From the NCBI GenBank assembly GCA_021432655.1, contig MU271648.1, forward strand, positions 1-35,719: 35,719 nt of DNA, given 5' to 3'. Both the position numbers and the translations under genes were made by a program. Under the pieces are notes generated by a model. The model searched no databases, had not been told where the DNA came from, and worked only from the letters and a program-made list of their open reading frames with translations. The DNA comes from Atractiella rhizophila. Lineage: Eukaryota. Of the stretch, positions 34,056 through 35,719 are shown piece after piece. Position 1 is the stretch's first letter. Every line of letters starts with the position of its first letter.

Positions 34056-35719
34056 ATGTCTTCATCCAAAGAATCCTATCGCGGGCCACCAACCCCACAG
34101 TCAACACCTCCTTCGAGCATAGGAAGGAAAGGAAAGAAAGGTGGAGCCAAAATCAACCAGGTAAGCACCTTTCTTGAGAATCCTTTTTCGGGATCGTTGT
34201 TGCCTTTCGAACAATTTGTGCAATTCCTGGCGTTTTGGGAGCTATGGCGTTAAGTTCTTTGCATTGCTGCATACGTGTGAAATAGACTCTGGTTGTGACA
34301 CAGAGAAATGGCTACGTCCTAATCCTACGTGGCAGTCTCCTTATCCATAAATATCCACACGACTCGCGAGATTCTGCCGAGGATAAATCTGCACTAGTTA
34401 ACATTTCTACACGTTACGCGACTCCCGTATACCATGGTTCCACAATCAACCTTCCAGTAGAACATTCACCGAGTCTGGAAGGACGGAAAGTGACATGGTT
34501 GCAAGAATTTAGTTATTGTGCAGAAGCTCATGCCCATGATGCTCAATGGAGGTCTAATAACAATATTACAGGCCAACCTACCTTCTCCCGCGAGCACACC
34601 TATGAAGCAATATCATCTCCCAACCATGGTGACGACGCGCCAAATCCGCAAAGAGCCAAGGGCTCCAGTACGACGGAAGCGCTCCTTCTTCGGTTGGATC
34701 AAATTCCTCCTCACCACTCTTGCGTTCTGGACCCTCATCACCTACTTCGCGAGCTGCAAGTTCTCCTCTCCTGCCTCATCCTCCAACCTTTGCGCAAAAG
34801 CCGACCAACTCTCCCACCTCCGAGACCAGTATCTCATTCAACCTGCCCTCTCTTTCGCACGTACTCACCTGGACCCTCACGTCCGGCCGTATTATGAGCC
34901 AGCATCTGAAGTCCTCCGCGAATCCTTCAGCAAGTACTACACCGGTCCCATCAAAAAGTACGGGGACGCTTCTGTCAGCTACGTTTCGTCAAATTGGGAA
35001 AACAATGTCAAACCCGTCCTCGCTACAGTTCCAGCAAAAGCCGTCTACGGAGCACGTCAAACAAAGGCTGTAGTCTTCGAGACCGTGGAGCCTCATGTTC
35101 CTGAGCAGGTGAAGGAATACGCTCAACTGGCACAAAGAGCTTGGGACGATTACGTTCACACTGTCTATCTCCAGATATTGAGAGTGGGCAATGAGCTCTC
35201 CCTCCAAGCGCAGATATACGCCCCGATCGTAAAATCGTATTATCGACGATACGCCATTCCCGCTTTCAAAAGCATTCACAAGACCTCGAGCGTCGTGTAC
35301 AAGAGCTATCTGCTACCAGCTTCCAAGGAGGCGTGGAGGATCGTGACCGACATTATCGTGCCATGGATCAACACCAAGGTGACCCCAGTTGTGCAGCAGG
35401 CGTATGCGAAGTGGGTGGAACCTCACGTGGAGAAGGTCTACAAGCGCAAGGAAGCTCCCGTCGCCGTTCAACCTAGCCCTTCCACTCCTGTCGCAAGCAC
35501 CTCAGCGTCTAATATCCAGCCCACTCTCAGTTCTGCTTCCGTCGAAGAAACAGCTTCGTCATCTGTGATTACCTCAACTTCGAAAACGCAGGAACCGACG
35601 ACGACTGCTTCTCAAGCGTCCAGCTCAACTTTGGCGGAGGTAACTGATGCGACTGCAGCGGCATCTATCGATGAAGAAGAAGACGAGGATGATTTAGAGG
35701 GTCAGTAAGTTTCGTCAAG
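34056..35719 (+). CDS. She10-like single-pass membrane protein, 5' part (continues beyond window)
   Basis: Exon 1 34056-34160 (GTAAGC donor) splices in phase 0 to 34572 (CTAAT..TTACAG). Then RRKRSFFGWIKFLLTTLAFWTLITYFASC..NLC.. (TM plus Cys pair) and repeated 'P..YY..P' amphipathic helices. A GTCAGT donor at 35701 implies continuation. The family call is from recalled motif resemblance. Confidence 0.6.

Noticed and set aside
1..35719. CRISPR arrays, rRNA, tRNA and prokaryotic operon features
   Set aside because: Eukaryotic spliced genes throughout. No regularly spaced repeats, cloverleaf or rRNA-like sequence was recognised by eye.

Overview
Intron-rich fungal genomic DNA. Introns are mostly 45-80 nt with GT(A/G/T)(A/C/T)GT donors and CTRAY-like branch points, and the gene families look basidiomycete-like (taxon inferred, not proven). 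All gene models were spliced by hand. Genes in order: a 6-exon hypothetical protein (+); a head-to-head pair of SUMO genes, consisting of a highly diverged but intact SUMO paralog (-) and canonical SMT3 (+), 236 bp apart; a large DDT/WHIM/WSD-PHD chromatin-remodeller accessory protein (+); a SWAP/SURP-like splicing factor (-); a DUF4505/UPF0598 protein (-); and an intronless F-box protein (-). Next is a decayed accessory tract with two tandem duplications (~0.53 kb x2 and ~1.67 kb x2), the larger carrying a dead NB-ARC-TPR (fungal NLR-like) gene. Then come an AAT/YAT amino-acid permease with a ~370-aa disordered N-terminus (-), degenerate remnants including an HMG-box pseudogene (-), and the 5' part of a She10-like membrane protein (+). 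The most notable signal is the second SUMO gene: 38% identical to its neighbour over an ungapped 77-aa core, with an intact EQIGG-Q C-terminus, a GC-AG intron and a shared short promoter region. No rRNA, tRNA, CRISPR array or intact transposon was recognised.
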